From assembly GCA_951406725.2 (NCBI GenBank), contig OX597829.1, positions 54,932,001-54,996,000 of the forward strand: a stretch of DNA of 64,000 nt, given 5' to 3'. Every line of letters starts with the position of its first letter. The stretch's first letter is position 1. Position numbers and translations under genes: made by a program. This document shows, one piece after another, positions 39,101 through 49,405 of the stretch. The DNA is from Octopus vulgaris. Its lineage: Eukaryota. The notes beneath the pieces are model-generated. The model was not told the DNA's origin, made no database searches, and was given only the letters and a program-made list of their open reading frames with translations.

Positions 39101-41424
39101 AATCCATAATTTGGCGACTGGTCCATAGCATGTAGCGAGGATTTGACCTTGAATTTGAACGCCGTCGAGGATCTTTCACATCAATTGTCTGTTCCTATGT
39201 AAAATAATGTGGATATTGATTAAAACATGAAATGTTAGAATTTAAAAACAAGAAAAAAAACCTTACACATATTCTCTGTGAAATATAACAAGAAAAAAAT
39301 AATAAAATGAAAATTTACATTATTCTTTTAATAACATGGTTGAAATATTTCTTGCAAGTTAACTGTTGTGAGAAAGACACACTTTGGGAATAGATTGGGT
39401 GCAGGGGTATAGACATAATGAGATGATTTTAAGGTTTCATTTGTGCCAAGATGGATGGGTCCTAGAGTACAACAAATTGCCAGTCATCTCGGTCCTTTGT
39501 TATCTCTTCCTCAAGACTCAACATCCCAATGTCATCCCACATTTTACTGGTTCTACCTCTTATACATATTTCATCCACATTTAGCTATTGGCGCTTCTTT
39601 ATGCAGCTGCCTCCATCCACATACATTATACCAAAGTAACATTGAATGTAATTGAATTCAGGAATTCTATATATGAAGAAAAAGGAAATGCTATGTTTTC
39701 ACTTCAATACAAAAGTTGTATTAGTCCTAACGGAGTACTGCAGAAATAGAAAAATAGTTTGAGAAATTAATAGAAAGTGCTGACAAAAGAACAAAATCAA
39801 TGTGTGACATGATTCAGATACAAAACTTTTCAATTAGTAAGATTGCACTTTAATGAGTCAATCATTTAATTTATGAAATTTTCTTTTTACAAATTTCTGA
39901 GCTAATCACAAATTTATTTCTTATAAAGTTAATATTCAATAGTTGACAATTGTTCTCACGCCTATTGCACATATTCTAAACATCTAGAAAATTTCCTGTA
40001 GCTTTTAACCTTTTTCATCTCAATCTGCCTGAAACTGCTTCTGGTTCTTTGATACAAAATCTGTTTTAACCCTTTAGCATTTAATCCAGCCATATCCAGT
40101 CCAAATAGTCTACCCAACCCAAATAGCCTACCTGTTTTGTGTTAAAACTGACCACGTCCAACCTATCAAATCTACCATACAATATCATTCTAAAAATATA
40201 TAAACACACGATTGAAATCTTGAAGCTACAAGATAATGCATGACTAATTCAAAGCAATGTTAATAAAGAATACATTTGACAAAGAAATCTGAATGCTAAA
40301 GGGTTAAAATGTTCACATTAAAACCTTCCATCTTAATTTTTAAGTTGTTCCAAACCCAAGCTCAATATTCCCACTAAATTCTAAAACTGTTTCCAAACTT
40401 AAAATACAGACCAGTATATTTTATGATTATACTTTTATACTATACATTTGCACATTCATATTAATTTCTAATGAAACCTATAGCCTAGTTACTTTTAAAA
40501 TGTCCAAATAACAGGCTAATTTTATAAACAATTCACATACTTCCTCCTTTATGGATTGCATCAATCCATTTCTAATTTGCAAGAAATATCACAATTAATT
40601 TACACTTATTTAGCAATAACATACGAAATCGTTCACTGGAAACACTGACTACATTTTTACAGAAAATGAATAGAAAATAGAGACAAGAAAGCAAACAGAG
40701 ATCAATACTAAAGTAACACTTCCCCACTCCTCCAAAATGAAGAATAGTAAGTCACAGTTTATTTCCTTACTGGTGACCATTATCAGTTATGACTAATTTA
40801 TCATTAGTTATGTCTAATCAAAAAGAAAAAAAAAACAATCTAGAGAATGCCAATTTGGAAGCAATGAACTAATATGGTTTAGACAATGTTTTCCAATAAA
40901 GTAAAAAGACACAAAACATGATGCAGAATATTTCTGAAATATTTAACCCTTTTACTGCAGAAAGCAGTTTTTGCATATTAATCTTTGTTGAGGAATGTCA
41001 TATTTGAAACAAGTTTCTTTTGAGATATTTCAACTTCATCGAGGCAACACAAATCGCAGAAAATACCAATTCTATTTTTTGATAGATATTTAACATAATT
41101 ACTGGAATAACCATGAAATTTAATTCCACAATGAAAGAGTTAAACATAGGGAAATACTTAAAATAAGATACATCACTTCTTTCAACCCCAATACATGACA
41201 GGTATGTTTTTCAAGACCAATAAAAACATACTAGCAATTTACAAATTCTTATTCTTATGCAAAATATGTATGAAATTCGCTTACCCCAGGCAACAGACCA
41301 TCAAATCTGTAAAGCTTTTGCTGAACTTTATCATCAAGTAATGGGTCCTTAAGGAGCCGATAATTCCGTCTTTTCTTCTCCATTATTTGATTTTCTGAGG
41401 AAGGCTTCACTAAACCATTAATAC
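2096..41424 (-). CDS. SETD1: SETD1/Set1-like histone H3K4 methyltransferase (COMPASS catalytic subunit); 13 exons in window, 3' SET domain exons outside window
   Basis: Exon chain complement(41285-41424, 39081-39194, 37051-37221, 34975-35074, 31543-33722, 27582-27833/27839, 23970-24063, 22294-22386, 20140-20326/20332, 18401-18538, 13732-15002, 2755-2861, 2096-2206). All junctions are GT-AG with matching phases. Motifs: RNYRLLKDP..KLYRFDG, VPKFK, RRM (VTFTNLNDN..HPKTKKHMGIGKV), DDDRMSLSS, KDLCKKMVENSAF, MPSFK, WVDHP, GSARTEGFY (WIN), FKFNQLK. Confidence 0.95.
2422..2748. mobile_element. Inverted pair of Penelope-like terminal repeats (foldback)
   Basis: Arms 2422-2560 and 2570-2718 are near reverse complements; same sequence flanks the GIY-YIG fragment at 15385-16540. 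Confidence 0.8.
2623..2668 (+). ncRNA. Minimal type I hammerhead ribozyme-like motif
   Basis: GACAC-CTGATGA-a-GGTTG(10 nt loop)CAGCC-GAAA-CATT-GTGTT: core boxes, stem II and stem I pairing all visible. Confidence 0.65.
2755..2861 (-). CDS. SETD1: SETD1 exon with WDR5-interacting WIN motif (GSARTEGFYKI)
   Basis: 107 nt, attcAG / GTATGT, phase 1/0. Confidence 0.93.
3565..3762. mobile_element. piggyBac-type MITE (family copy)
   Basis: Same family as 40066-40307; ends gctaaaggattaa. Confidence 0.55.
4500..4906 (-). mobile_element. tRNA-derived SINE with internal (TA)n(CA)n microsatellite
   Basis: Similar to the copy at 56257-56653. Confidence 0.7.
5764..5863 (-). ncRNA. Candidate hammerhead ribozyme with long AT-rich stem II
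   Basis: Minus strand AAC-CTGAAGA-t-TGACTATAATT...AATTGTAGCCA-t-GAAAC-GTAT-GTA-GTT. Confidence 0.5.
7200..7436 (+). mobile_element. RTE 3'-tail element ending in (GAT)n
   Basis: Recurrent ccgtccaacccatgctagcatggaaa...gatgatgat tail. Confidence 0.7.
7630..8030 (+). mobile_element. SINE with Meta-like central domain; 3' half duplicated
   Basis: ggtcgactttgcctttcatcctttcggggtcgataaattaagtaccag resembles the MetaSINE core (from memory); near-TSD aatatatttaa(g/a)cat. Confidence 0.6.
8163..8392. mobile_element. piggyBac-type MITE
   Basis: TTAA-CCCTTTTGTTAC ... GTAACGAAAGGG-TTAA. Confidence 0.7.
9500..9835 (-). mobile_element. tRNA-derived SINE (third family; fragments at ~36300-36375 and ~46160-46332)
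   Basis: Minus-strand head with B box gagttcaattccc, followed by gtgtctttgagcaagatactt. Confidence 0.6.
9864..10042. repeat. 84-bp imperfect inverted repeat (hairpin), 11-nt loop
   Basis: Arms 9864-9947 and 9959-10042; 8 mismatches, no gaps. Confidence 0.9.
11255..11625 (+). mobile_element. CR1/L2-like LINE 3' end
   Basis: Translates LKTLDIYSLEKHRHRGDLILAHNII...QGHSKKL...FSIRVADPWNKLP. Confidence 0.75.
11820..13195 (-). mobile_element. Degenerate RTE LINE fragment
   Basis: Collinear similarity with 1-1200; includes a YADD codon string (tcatcagcatatag on + strand). Confidence 0.8.
13732..15002 (-). CDS. SETD1: SETD1 exon leading into N-SET (…FQPRTYEEE…WLNDIFWVDHPHT…HKS)
   Basis: 1271 nt, ttgcAG / GTAAGC, phase 2/1; ORF 13709..14986. 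Confidence 0.93.
15385..17150 (-). mobile_element. Penelope-like element: ORF 3' end with GIY-YIG endonuclease, terminal repeat, tandem ORF 5' part, inverted terminal repeats
   Basis: ORF 16542..16895 IPCSCGRLYKGETCRPLKIRVDEH...IADHVW...KIIDREHHWKIRKLKEA; 15675-16170 gives decayed GLNF..IKHILYLDIIAPI; repeats at 16260-16540 and 15385-15676. Confidence 0.85.
17160..17533 (+). mobile_element. RTE 3'-UTR element with internal tandem subrepeats and (GAT)n tail
   Basis: Repeated gtgccggtggcac..aaaagcacc units, then gagtggttggcgttaggaagggcatccagctgtagaaac; CpG-rich, so probably young. Confidence 0.75.
18109..18311. mobile_element. piggyBac-type MITE (family copy)
   Basis: ttaaccccttagc ... ctaaaggattaa. 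Confidence 0.6.
18401..18538 (-). CDS. SETD1: SETD1 exon (SQVLCGAAPDFPPLP...KEGFW)
   Basis: 138 nt, ttttAG / GTAAGT, phase 2/2. Confidence 0.82.
20140..20326 (-). CDS. SETD1: SETD1 acidic (poly-D/E/S) exon; alternative acceptor gives start 20332
   Basis: Within ORF 20106..20408; phase 1/2 matches both neighbours; donor GTATTG. Confidence 0.85.
21790..22140 (+). mobile_element. Decayed RTE LINE C-terminal fragment
   Basis: Resembles RTE LRWYGHV...RGRP region (cactggtatggacatgtaatg ... agaagaggaaaacca). Confidence 0.55.
22294..22386 (-). CDS. SETD1: SETD1 exon (DEDNNVVCQSLLKKKHFGSGEESASEDEKSD)
   Basis: 93 nt, tttcAG / GTAAGG, phase 1/1. Confidence 0.8.
23472..23640 (+). mobile_element. tRNA/CORE-like SINE 5' part
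   Basis: tagctgtgagg A box, ggttcagtccc B box, cttggtcaagtgtctt. Confidence 0.7.
23970..24063 (-). CDS. SETD1: SETD1 exon (KKVFRPPSPPPPDDEDSK...)
   Basis: 94 nt, caacAG / GTAAAA, phase 0/1. Confidence 0.85.
25926..26138 (+). mobile_element. Meta-like SINE with 19-bp target-site duplication
   Basis: aatatttaacttccaggaa at 25907-25925 and 26139-26157. Confidence 0.8.
26636..26838 (-). mobile_element. RTE 3'-tail element, (GAT)n tail
   Basis: Reverse complement of the 17350-17533 sequence. Confidence 0.75.
27011..27269. mobile_element. hAT-type MITE
   Basis: TIRs cagtgtttctcgacc ... ggttgagaagcactg; related ends near 19625-19640 and 58620. Confidence 0.6.
27582..27833 (-). CDS. SETD1: SETD1 exon (KENNQ...GFLGIRGVMPRMPSFK); alternative acceptor gives start 27839
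   Basis: Open frame of 252 or 258 nt; G.RG..R.PSFK motif typical of SETD1; donor GTAAAT. Confidence 0.88.
29043..29330 (+). mobile_element. tRNA-derived SINE (CpG-rich) inside a (TA)n tract
   Basis: Head gcgcaatggcccagtggttagggcag...ggtttcaattccc with A and B boxes. Confidence 0.75.
31060..31435 (-). mobile_element. tRNA/CORE-like SINE with internal microsatellite
   Basis: Close match to 56257-56653. Confidence 0.8.
31543..33722 (-). CDS. SETD1: SETD1 large exon (Ser/Gln/Pro-rich disordered region, DDDRMSLSS, KDLCKKMVENSAFKSFEKWW)
   Basis: Within 769-aa ORF 31471..33780; ttttAG at 33723, GTATGT at 31542; phase 1/0. Confidence 0.93.
34077..34262. mobile_element. piggyBac-type MITE (family copy)
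   Basis: ttaaccctttaacatt ... aatattaatgggttaa. Confidence 0.65.
34975..35074 (-). CDS. SETD1: SETD1 exon, RRM second part (VLFSSSKCAKACVDKLNQTSKMGNIITVIIDIM)
   Basis: 100 nt, ttttAG / GTAAG, phase 0/1; found by manual translation, not in the ORF track. Confidence 0.92.
35450..36260 (-). mobile_element. Degenerate RTE LINE fragment (C-terminal region)
   Basis: Similar to 1-350 and 11820-12400 (ctacccaggtaacaaaagccatcaact). Confidence 0.6.
37051..37221 (-). CDS. SETD1: SETD1 exon, RRM first part (YDQHYIG...HMGIGK)
   Basis: 171 nt, ttgcAG / GTATGA; typical Set1 RRM sequence. Confidence 0.93.
39081..39194 (-). CDS. SETD1: SETD1 exon (EQTIDVKDPRRR...LEVPKFK)
   Basis: 114 nt, phase 0/0, AG and GT boundaries; DPR and VPKFK motifs. 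Confidence 0.9.
40066..40307. mobile_element. piggyBac-type MITE, best-preserved copy
   Basis: TTAA-CCCTTTAGCATT ... AATGCTAAAGGG-TTAA. Confidence 0.75.
41285..41424 (-). CDS. SETD1: SETD1 exon, N-terminus; first in-frame ATG at 41383 (MEKKRRNYRLLKDP...FDGLLPG)
   Basis: Acceptor ttccAG at 41425, donor GTAAGC at 41284; Set1 N-terminal motif. Confidence 0.9.
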
Positions 41425-41487
41425 CTGGAACATAAAACATTCTATTAAATATACTTAGTTATAAGATATATGACATACATGTATGTG

Positions 41488-41529
<42 letters not shown>

Positions 41530-42165
41530 AATTTACTTAAACAAGGAAACCGTCCAGAAGAGTTGCAGGAAATTCCGAAGTCATCTGGAGGCTGTGGTTG
41601 ACGCCAATAGTGATTTTATTGAATAAATTTTTCTGTGTAGTATTTCAAGGTATTTTCATGTAATATATCAGTTAAAATGATATGTCAGTGTTATTTTCAT
41701 TTTTGCATTAATTTAGACCACAATTTATTCATTACACCCACATCCACCCCAACCCACACACAATCTTCAACAGTGACACCACACATACCACAATATGAGC
41801 AGCCACACGTTACACACACACCCACACACGTCAAAGTCACTAGCTCCTATTCATACACATTCACAAATGCACCTTCATGTGGGATCACTATCACTTTGTA
41901 ATCTCCCTTTCTTTCAACCTCTTCTTTCAAACGTTTTTTCTAATCAGTCGCCATGCTTGACTGCTAAATCTACAGGCTTTTTTCATTCTCTCTGTTTATT
42001 TTCTCTTATTCCTTTCTGTTGAAGAGCGTAGGCTCAAAACATAAAAGACTTTTTCATTTTCCCAAGCGTCAAACTAATCCACCTGCTTGTTGTTCATACA
42101 CCTGTCTTTATTATTTTTTTTGTTTTTCTATAAACTTGAAATATATATATATATATATTTCAATA

Positions 42166-42700
42166 CAGGGTGCATAAGATATTTGAGGACAGATTTATGT
42201 TTATAAAAAACAGATATATAATAACAGATAACTTTATTTATCAAAAAATGCTATGAGGATAAAAATAAACCTTTTTTTCTATAATGTTATTCAATAAAGC
42301 CACTTTCAGCTTCAACAACTGCTTCTATATGAAATCTAAATCATCTATATGCTCGAATCAATTGGTCCTGGTTCATTTTGGACATTACTCTGACTACGGC
42401 AACTTTTCAAGAATCTTTGGTGTTACCAGCATGTTCATTGACCTTTCTATCAACAACACTCCACATGTAATAGTCCCATGGATTGAGATCTTGGGAATTA
42501 GGAGACAAAATGTTAGGGGTTATGTGATCATGAAAATTTTCAGCCATCCATTCCTGTGTTACTAGAGCCATGTGTGATAGTGCAGAGTCTTACTGAAACA
42601 CACATGGCCTTCCATCACATACACTGTCTATCCAGGGCTTAATAATTATTTCCAGGACCTCAGTTTAAGTGGCAGACCTCAATGTAAGGCCTTGTGGAAA
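42166..42700 (-). mobile_element. Tc1/mariner (maT-like) transposase 3' fragment
   Basis: ta-cagggtg terminus; minus frame QDSALSH...PNSQDLNPWDYYMW. Confidence 0.7.
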
Positions 42701-43077
42701 GAGATAAGGAGGCTAAAAATATAAATATATGAAAACATACTCCAAATATATTAAAAACTAACAGAGATACTTGGCCTTGCTTGGGATTAAAATGGTATAG
42801 TTTTTTATTCCAGTCATGTGAATGCGGCCATAGTGGAGCACTGAAATTGGCCAAACAAATCAACCACAGGATTTATTCTTTCTAAGTTTAGTACTTATTT
42901 TATCAGTGTCTTTTACCAAACTACTAAGTTATGGCAACGTAAACACAGCAAAATCAGTTGTCAAGCAATGGCGTGGATACAAACACAGATGCACACAAAT
43001 ATACACATATATATGACAGCCATCTTTCAGTTTCTGTGTATGAAATACACTCACAGGGCTTTGGCCGGCCTGAGGCT

Positions 43078-43165
43078 ATAATATATGTATATATATATCC
43101 ATATACATATGCCTGTATGTATGTGTATATGTACGTATATGTGTATATGGACGTATGTATATATG

Positions 43166-43206
<41 letters not shown>

Positions 43207-43656
43207 ATATATATATATATATGCATGTATATATATATGCATGTATATATGTATGCATATGTATGTATATGTATATATATATATACATGTATATATATAT
43301 ATACATGTATATATATATATATATGCATGTATATATGTATGCATATGTATGTATATGTATATATATATATGCATATATGTATGCACATATATGCATATGT
43401 ATGTATATATATATATATATATATGTACATATGTATGCATATATATATGTACATATATATATATAAGTATATATGTATGCATATATGTATATATATGTAC
43501 ATATGTATATATATGTATATATATATATGTATATATATGTATATGTAAGTGTATATATATACATATATATATACTTACATATATATATATGTACATATGT
43601 ATATATATGTATGTACGTATATATACATATGCATACACACATATATACACACACAC

Positions 43657-43743
<87 letters not shown>
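43078..43743. repeat. Compound (TA/TG/CA) microsatellite adjoining a truncated SINE (42800-43078)
   Basis: Direct inspection. Confidence 0.95.
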
Positions 43744-44418
43744 AGGTTAAAAGCGAAACATTGGGAGTTTGTAGCTTTTTGAAAATGGTGAGGTGATGGG
43801 TGGATGTTTGGGGAAGGAGATTTTAGTGATTCTTTAAGAAAAAAGAAAAAAATTCTCAAAGATTTGTATACGCCATTTGTTTTCTCTGTGGATTGTCAAG
43901 AAAAAAATTCGCAAATAGTAAAAAAAAAAAAAAAACGAGGAAATTGGGACGTGGAGGGGGGAAAATTAAAATATTGAGAACATGTTTTTTGGGCGAAATC
44001 CTTATTTCCTGTATTGAAAACATAGGAATCAGAAGAAATTTAGGAAAAAACTTCAGACATGCTAGAAACAACAGGTAAAGGACAGGATTTCTGGGAGAAC
44101 TTTTTAAATTTATATTGAAGATCAGGTTTTTAAATAGACACATCACAAACATGAATTACAGAATAAAAAACAGGTGATTTGAAGGCATTCTTTTTGGCTG
44201 TGTGAGCTACGAATGCTCATCATCACAGTTATGTCCCACATTATGACGATGTATTTCGCCATCTCTGCGGGACTGGCCTGAACAGTGTACCTCACTAACT
44301 GACATTACTGACTGTGTCAGTCCACCATTTATTAGTAGTGGACCAGCCCACTTCTCACCGGGGGGGGGGCTGTTTGCCACAATAATATATACATACATAT
44401 ATGTTTGTGTGTGTGTGT

Positions 44419-44454
<36 letters not shown>

Positions 44455-44784
44455 CTAGTATATATAAGTTGCAGCATGTGTGTGTACAATGACTAATGCA
44501 TACATTTTGACAATTCTCAACCAATTTTCCCCAGACTTTACACACACAATACTTATGTCCCAAGGATGGTTGTGCACTGCTATAACATTTTGCCCATAGC
44601 TCCCACATAAATGGACATTTTTATTTTTTGTAGGATCTTCAGACTTTTTTAATCTTTTTATAAACATGAAAGGATTTTATCTATTTATATATTTATACAG
44701 TTCACCAACAATGGTGTTTAAATTGATTAGGAACACTAAATGCATACATTTTCATAATTCTCAACTGATTTTCACCAAGTTTTA

Positions 44785-45300
44785 CCTCTGGAGATATACT
44801 GTGATTGAGAAGACCCAGCAAGGAAAGTGAGATCACAGCCATAGCCTACACCAGTGTCACATAAACAACCCATTTAAAAAGTACCTTTGAATCCTCGGGC
44901 GACATGCCTTGAGGAGACCTATTGAGTCTAGTAAATGGAAATTGTAGTAGTTGTGGCTGATACTAGTGTTGCCTGACTGGATCCTGTGCTGGTGACATGC
45001 AATAAGCACCATCTGAACGTGGGCAATGCCAGCCCCCTGCCCCAACTGGCTCCTGTGCCGGTACCATTTAAAAAGCACCATCCAAATGTGGTCGATGCCA
45101 GTGCTGCCCGACTGGCTCCTGTGCCGGTGGTACGTAAAAAGCACCCACTACACTCTCGGAGTGGTTGGCATTAGAAATGGCATCTAGCTATAGAAACACT
45201 GCCAGATCAGGAGCCTGGTCCGACCTAGTGGTTTGCTAGTCCCTAGTCAAATCATCCAACCCATGCCAGCATGGAAAACAGACGTATGATGATAATGATT
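44785..45300 (+). mobile_element. RTE LINE 3' end with subrepeats and (GAT)n tail
   Basis: Similar to 51630-52260. Confidence 0.7.
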
Positions 45301-45847
45301 TACACACACACATTATGCTTGAAGGATGGTCATGCACTGAACATTTTGCCCACAGCTCCCACATAAGTGGAACTGAATGGACAAAGTTTTTATATGCAAG
45401 GATTTTGTCTATTTCGACCGTCCACCGTTATTAAATTGACTAGGAACAGAGTACATGATGAATATCCAATACCAAACAATCCTAATCTCCATATTTAAAC
45501 TGCATTAAACTTTGGTAAGCTTACCTTTACCTATTCTGAGTTACACTCTTCTATCTATTGATACCTTTGTTTACCTACCAATCCATTGTTTCCCCTTAAC
45601 GATGCTTATTTACCCATCCATTATATTTCAAATACGTTTTAGCATTGTTGTTCTAGTCTTTTTTAAACACTCACATGATACAACCCAAAGAATCAACCTT
45701 TAAATAAGAGTTTTGGGAGGGGCTATGATGTAAGCACATGCCAAAACCCTTCGTAACTTTTTTTATTTTTACGAATTTTTACAAAATTTTTCATTTCTGC
45801 TTTCTGCATAATATAATTAATGTGACTAAACAAAAAAAAAAAATTTA

Positions 45848-46334
45848 AATATATGTATGTATGCATATATACATACACATACATACGTACATATATACAC
45901 ACACATATACATATAGACACACATATATACATATACATACATATATACATATACACACACATATACATATACACACACATATATACATGCATATACATAC
46001 ACATACATGCATGCATATACATACACACACACACACACACACACATATTTATATATGTTTCTGTATGCATTTATACATTTATAAGTTTCAGAAAATATCA
46101 GAATAATGCAATAAAGTCAGTCATAATAAAAGCTATTTCCTTTATTTTTAACTACTGTTTCTAGCAAAAATGAGTTGTACCTCTGTTTCAAAGTGCCAGC
46201 CTTGCCACGCTGAATCTCCCTGAGATACACGTGTCTGTGGAGTACTCACCCACTTGCACATTAATGTCACAAGCAAGCTGTTCCACTGATCATATCAGCT
46301 GGGACCTTTGTTGTCGTAACTGAAGGAGTGCTCC

Positions 46335-46395
<61 letters not shown>

Positions 46396-46550
46396 GCATA
46401 TACATACCTATATATATATGTATATACACACATATACACAAACAAAAACACAAATTTACATATATATACATATACATATGCATATATACACATATACATG
46501 CACATATACATACATATGCATACACACACATATATACATATATGTATGAC
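45848..46550. repeat. Two compound (CA/TA) microsatellite tracts (45848-46056, 46335-46550)
   Basis: Direct inspection. Confidence 0.9.
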
Positions 46551-46949
46551 AAAGTTACTTAGAAATGGATGCATGGCATTCAATCAAATAATATAGATAT
46601 ATATGTATATATCTACTACATATGTGGGAAATTCTACCTGTGGGTGTGTTTGTTTGTGGAGTTGTTATCCAACTCCTCCTACATCGTGTTATCAATTTTG
46701 ATGAAACTTGACACGTGAGTATTCTATGTAAATGCACAAAAGCCGTTTTAAGGGCTACACACTTTGTTACGGGATTAGCAAAACAATTATGAGAACAGAA
46801 CTGAGGGATAAGCCCTGCTTTCCTAGGAATTACAGGGTATGTCAGCTAGTATGTATATATATATACTTTATTTAAAAGCATATTACTCTACCTCTGGTAT
46901 TTGAGTACTCTTTTTTCCACCTTGTTTCACATTTGTGTTTACTCCAGTG

Positions 46950-47017
<68 letters not shown>

Positions 47018-47194
47018 TGTGCATATATGGGTACAGCACATCACAAATATGGAAACAAATGAGTTGATACGCAAACAATGAGAGAAACAAATGACAAACA
47101 GGACAAGTAACATAAAGAATGACACTTCATCAGTTGTCGGCTGTCCGTCTACTCGTCTACTCAAGATACATATATGGATATATACATATAGGGG

Positions 47195-47990
47195 CATAGC
47201 TCATCTCATTAGGGAGAGAGTCTGCTTAGATGAGATGCAGTTTGGTTTTGTTGCGGGTAGAAGCACCACTGATGCCATATTCCTGGTTCGACAACTGCAG
47301 GAGAAATACCTAGCTAAAGATAAACCCCTCTACTTAGCTTTCGTGGACTTGGAGAAAGCCTTTGACAGGGTTTCCCCGATCCCTTATCTGGTGGGCGATG
47401 CAGAACTGGAGATTAACGAATGGTTAATAACGGCTGTACAGGCCCTATACAGAGAGGCCGTTAATAAGGTTAGAATTAGCAACGAGTATAGTGAAGAATT
47501 CCGGGTAGAAGTAGGGGTCCACCAAGGTTCAGCCCTCAGTCCCCTTTTATTCATCATAGGCAATAACAGAGGAATTCAAGATGGGTTGCCCCTGGGATGA
47601 CCTGCTCTCATAGAATCACTACCGGAACTAGAAAAGGAATTTTGGGTGTGGAAGCTAGGTTTAGAATCAAAAGGTCTTAGAGTCAATGTAGCAAAGGCCA
47701 AAGTTATAGTAAGTAGGAAGGTGAACTCATCACACACCCCTCAGGTAGTTGGCCCTGCTCAATCTGCAGAAAAGGTGTAGGTAGAAACTCCATAAGATGT
47801 ACCCAGTGTAAGCTATGGACGCATAAGAGGTGCAGCAACATCAAAGGAAAATTAACCAAGAAGATAGCTTTCATGTGCGGCAGATGCACAGGGGCAAGAA
47901 ACACTGCAGATGCTCAGAAAACAGATTCCATCACACTCCAGAGTAAGAAACTAGAAGTAGTTGATAGTTTCCGTTATCTAGGTGACCTAG
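47195..47990 (+). mobile_element. RTE LINE RT fragment
   Basis: QFGFVAGRSTTDAIFLVRQLQEKY, FVDLEKAFDRV, GVHQGSALSPLLF; same family as 1-1665. Confidence 0.9.
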
Positions 47991-48580
47991 GATCAAGAAT
48001 GTAATGTATCTTTTCTCTTTATTGTTTCAGACATTAGACTAAAGCAGTGGTTTCTGACCTCTGGTGGTCTGCAAAGGTAGTCCTAGTGGTCTGTGAAGAT
48101 GTTAAGCTGACAGACCTTTCGATATCCTGGGGTCTAGGGGAAAACTATTTAAATAAATGGAGTCCTCGGTAGTGAAAAAGTTGGGAACCAGTACACTACA
48201 GCCATGAAGGGTTTTAGTCAAACATAGGAACCACAGTACTTATGGATTTTCCGAAGTCAGGTATTTATTCTACTGGACACCTCTGTCAAACTGCTAAGTT
48301 ATTGGAATATAAATCAACCAACACCAGTTATCAAGTGGTGACAGGCACACTCTTATATATGACAGGCTCCCACGCAATTTCTGTCCCCCAAGTTTGCTCA
48401 CAAGGCATTGATTGGCTCAGGATATAGTTAGACACTTGCCCGAAGGTGCCACACAGCAGGACTGAACCCAAAACCAAGTGGTTGCAAAATGAGCATCTCA
48501 ATCAGGCAGCCAACATATAACATATCCGACCTGCACAAATTGAATGTACTTAATGTAAACTAATATATAATACATATATA

Positions 48581-49160
48581 CAGGGTGCAGTGAATAAACT
48601 GTCATCTAAATTATGCAAGAACGAAAATAACACTGATATCTCATTTTAACAGATATATTTACCAAAATCAGATAAAAATATTTTGAAATACTAAAGAGTA
48701 AATTTGTTTAATAAAATCGCCATTTGCTTCAACCATGGCCTCCAGACAACTTGGGAATCTCCTGCAACTCTTCTGGACGGTCTCCTTGTTTAAGTTGGTG
48801 AATGCTGCCATAATCCTTGCCTTCGGTTCATCTTTGGTGTTACAAGGAGTTTTGTTGCTCTCTCGCTCAACTGCACTCCACACATAATAATCAAGGGGGT
48901 TGTAGTCTGGGGAGTTAGGTGGCTAGATGTTAGGGGTGAGGTGGTCGCAGAAATTGTCAGACATCCATGACTGAGTTTTTCTGCTTGTGTGACATGGTGC
49001 AGAGTCCTGTTGTCAGACACAGGGTGTTCCGGCAACCACCCTCCTGACCCAGGGCAGCACTACCTCCTCCAGGCACTTGATGTAGGCCTCCGTGTTGAGT
49101 CTGAGACTGTGCAGGAAGATGAATGGAGGCATAACATCACCATCACTACTGATCACTGAC
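48581..49160 (-). mobile_element. maT-type (DD37D) mariner transposase fragment, inactivated; related piece at ~41535-41710 (+)
   Basis: QQDSAPCH...I*PPNSPDYNPLDYYVW with 37 residues between the last two catalytic Asp; ta-cagggtg terminus. Confidence 0.85.
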
Positions 49161-49343
49161 TGATTTTCATCACACTCAGTATGTTTTGGGAATGCGAAAC
49201 TGAGCAGCAGTTTTTTGTGATATTTTTGTGATGTTTTTGCAGCTTTAATAATAATAATAAAGCATATTACTCTACCTCCGGTATTCGAGTACTACTACTT
49301 CTCACCCTCTTTCACATTACTTTGGTGTATGTATGTATGTATG

Positions 49344-49405
<62 letters not shown>

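Noticed and set aside
42015-42050. Hammerhead-like TTGAAGA / GAGC-GTAG-GCTC / AAAAC on the + strand
   Set aside because: Both core boxes deviate from consensus; at best a dead copy
42954-43859. Many overlapping 100-220 aa ORFs (YIYIH/CVCV-rich); likewise at 45.7-46.6, 52.9-53.7 and 62.3-63.1 kb
   Set aside because: Artefacts of stop-free dinucleotide microsatellites
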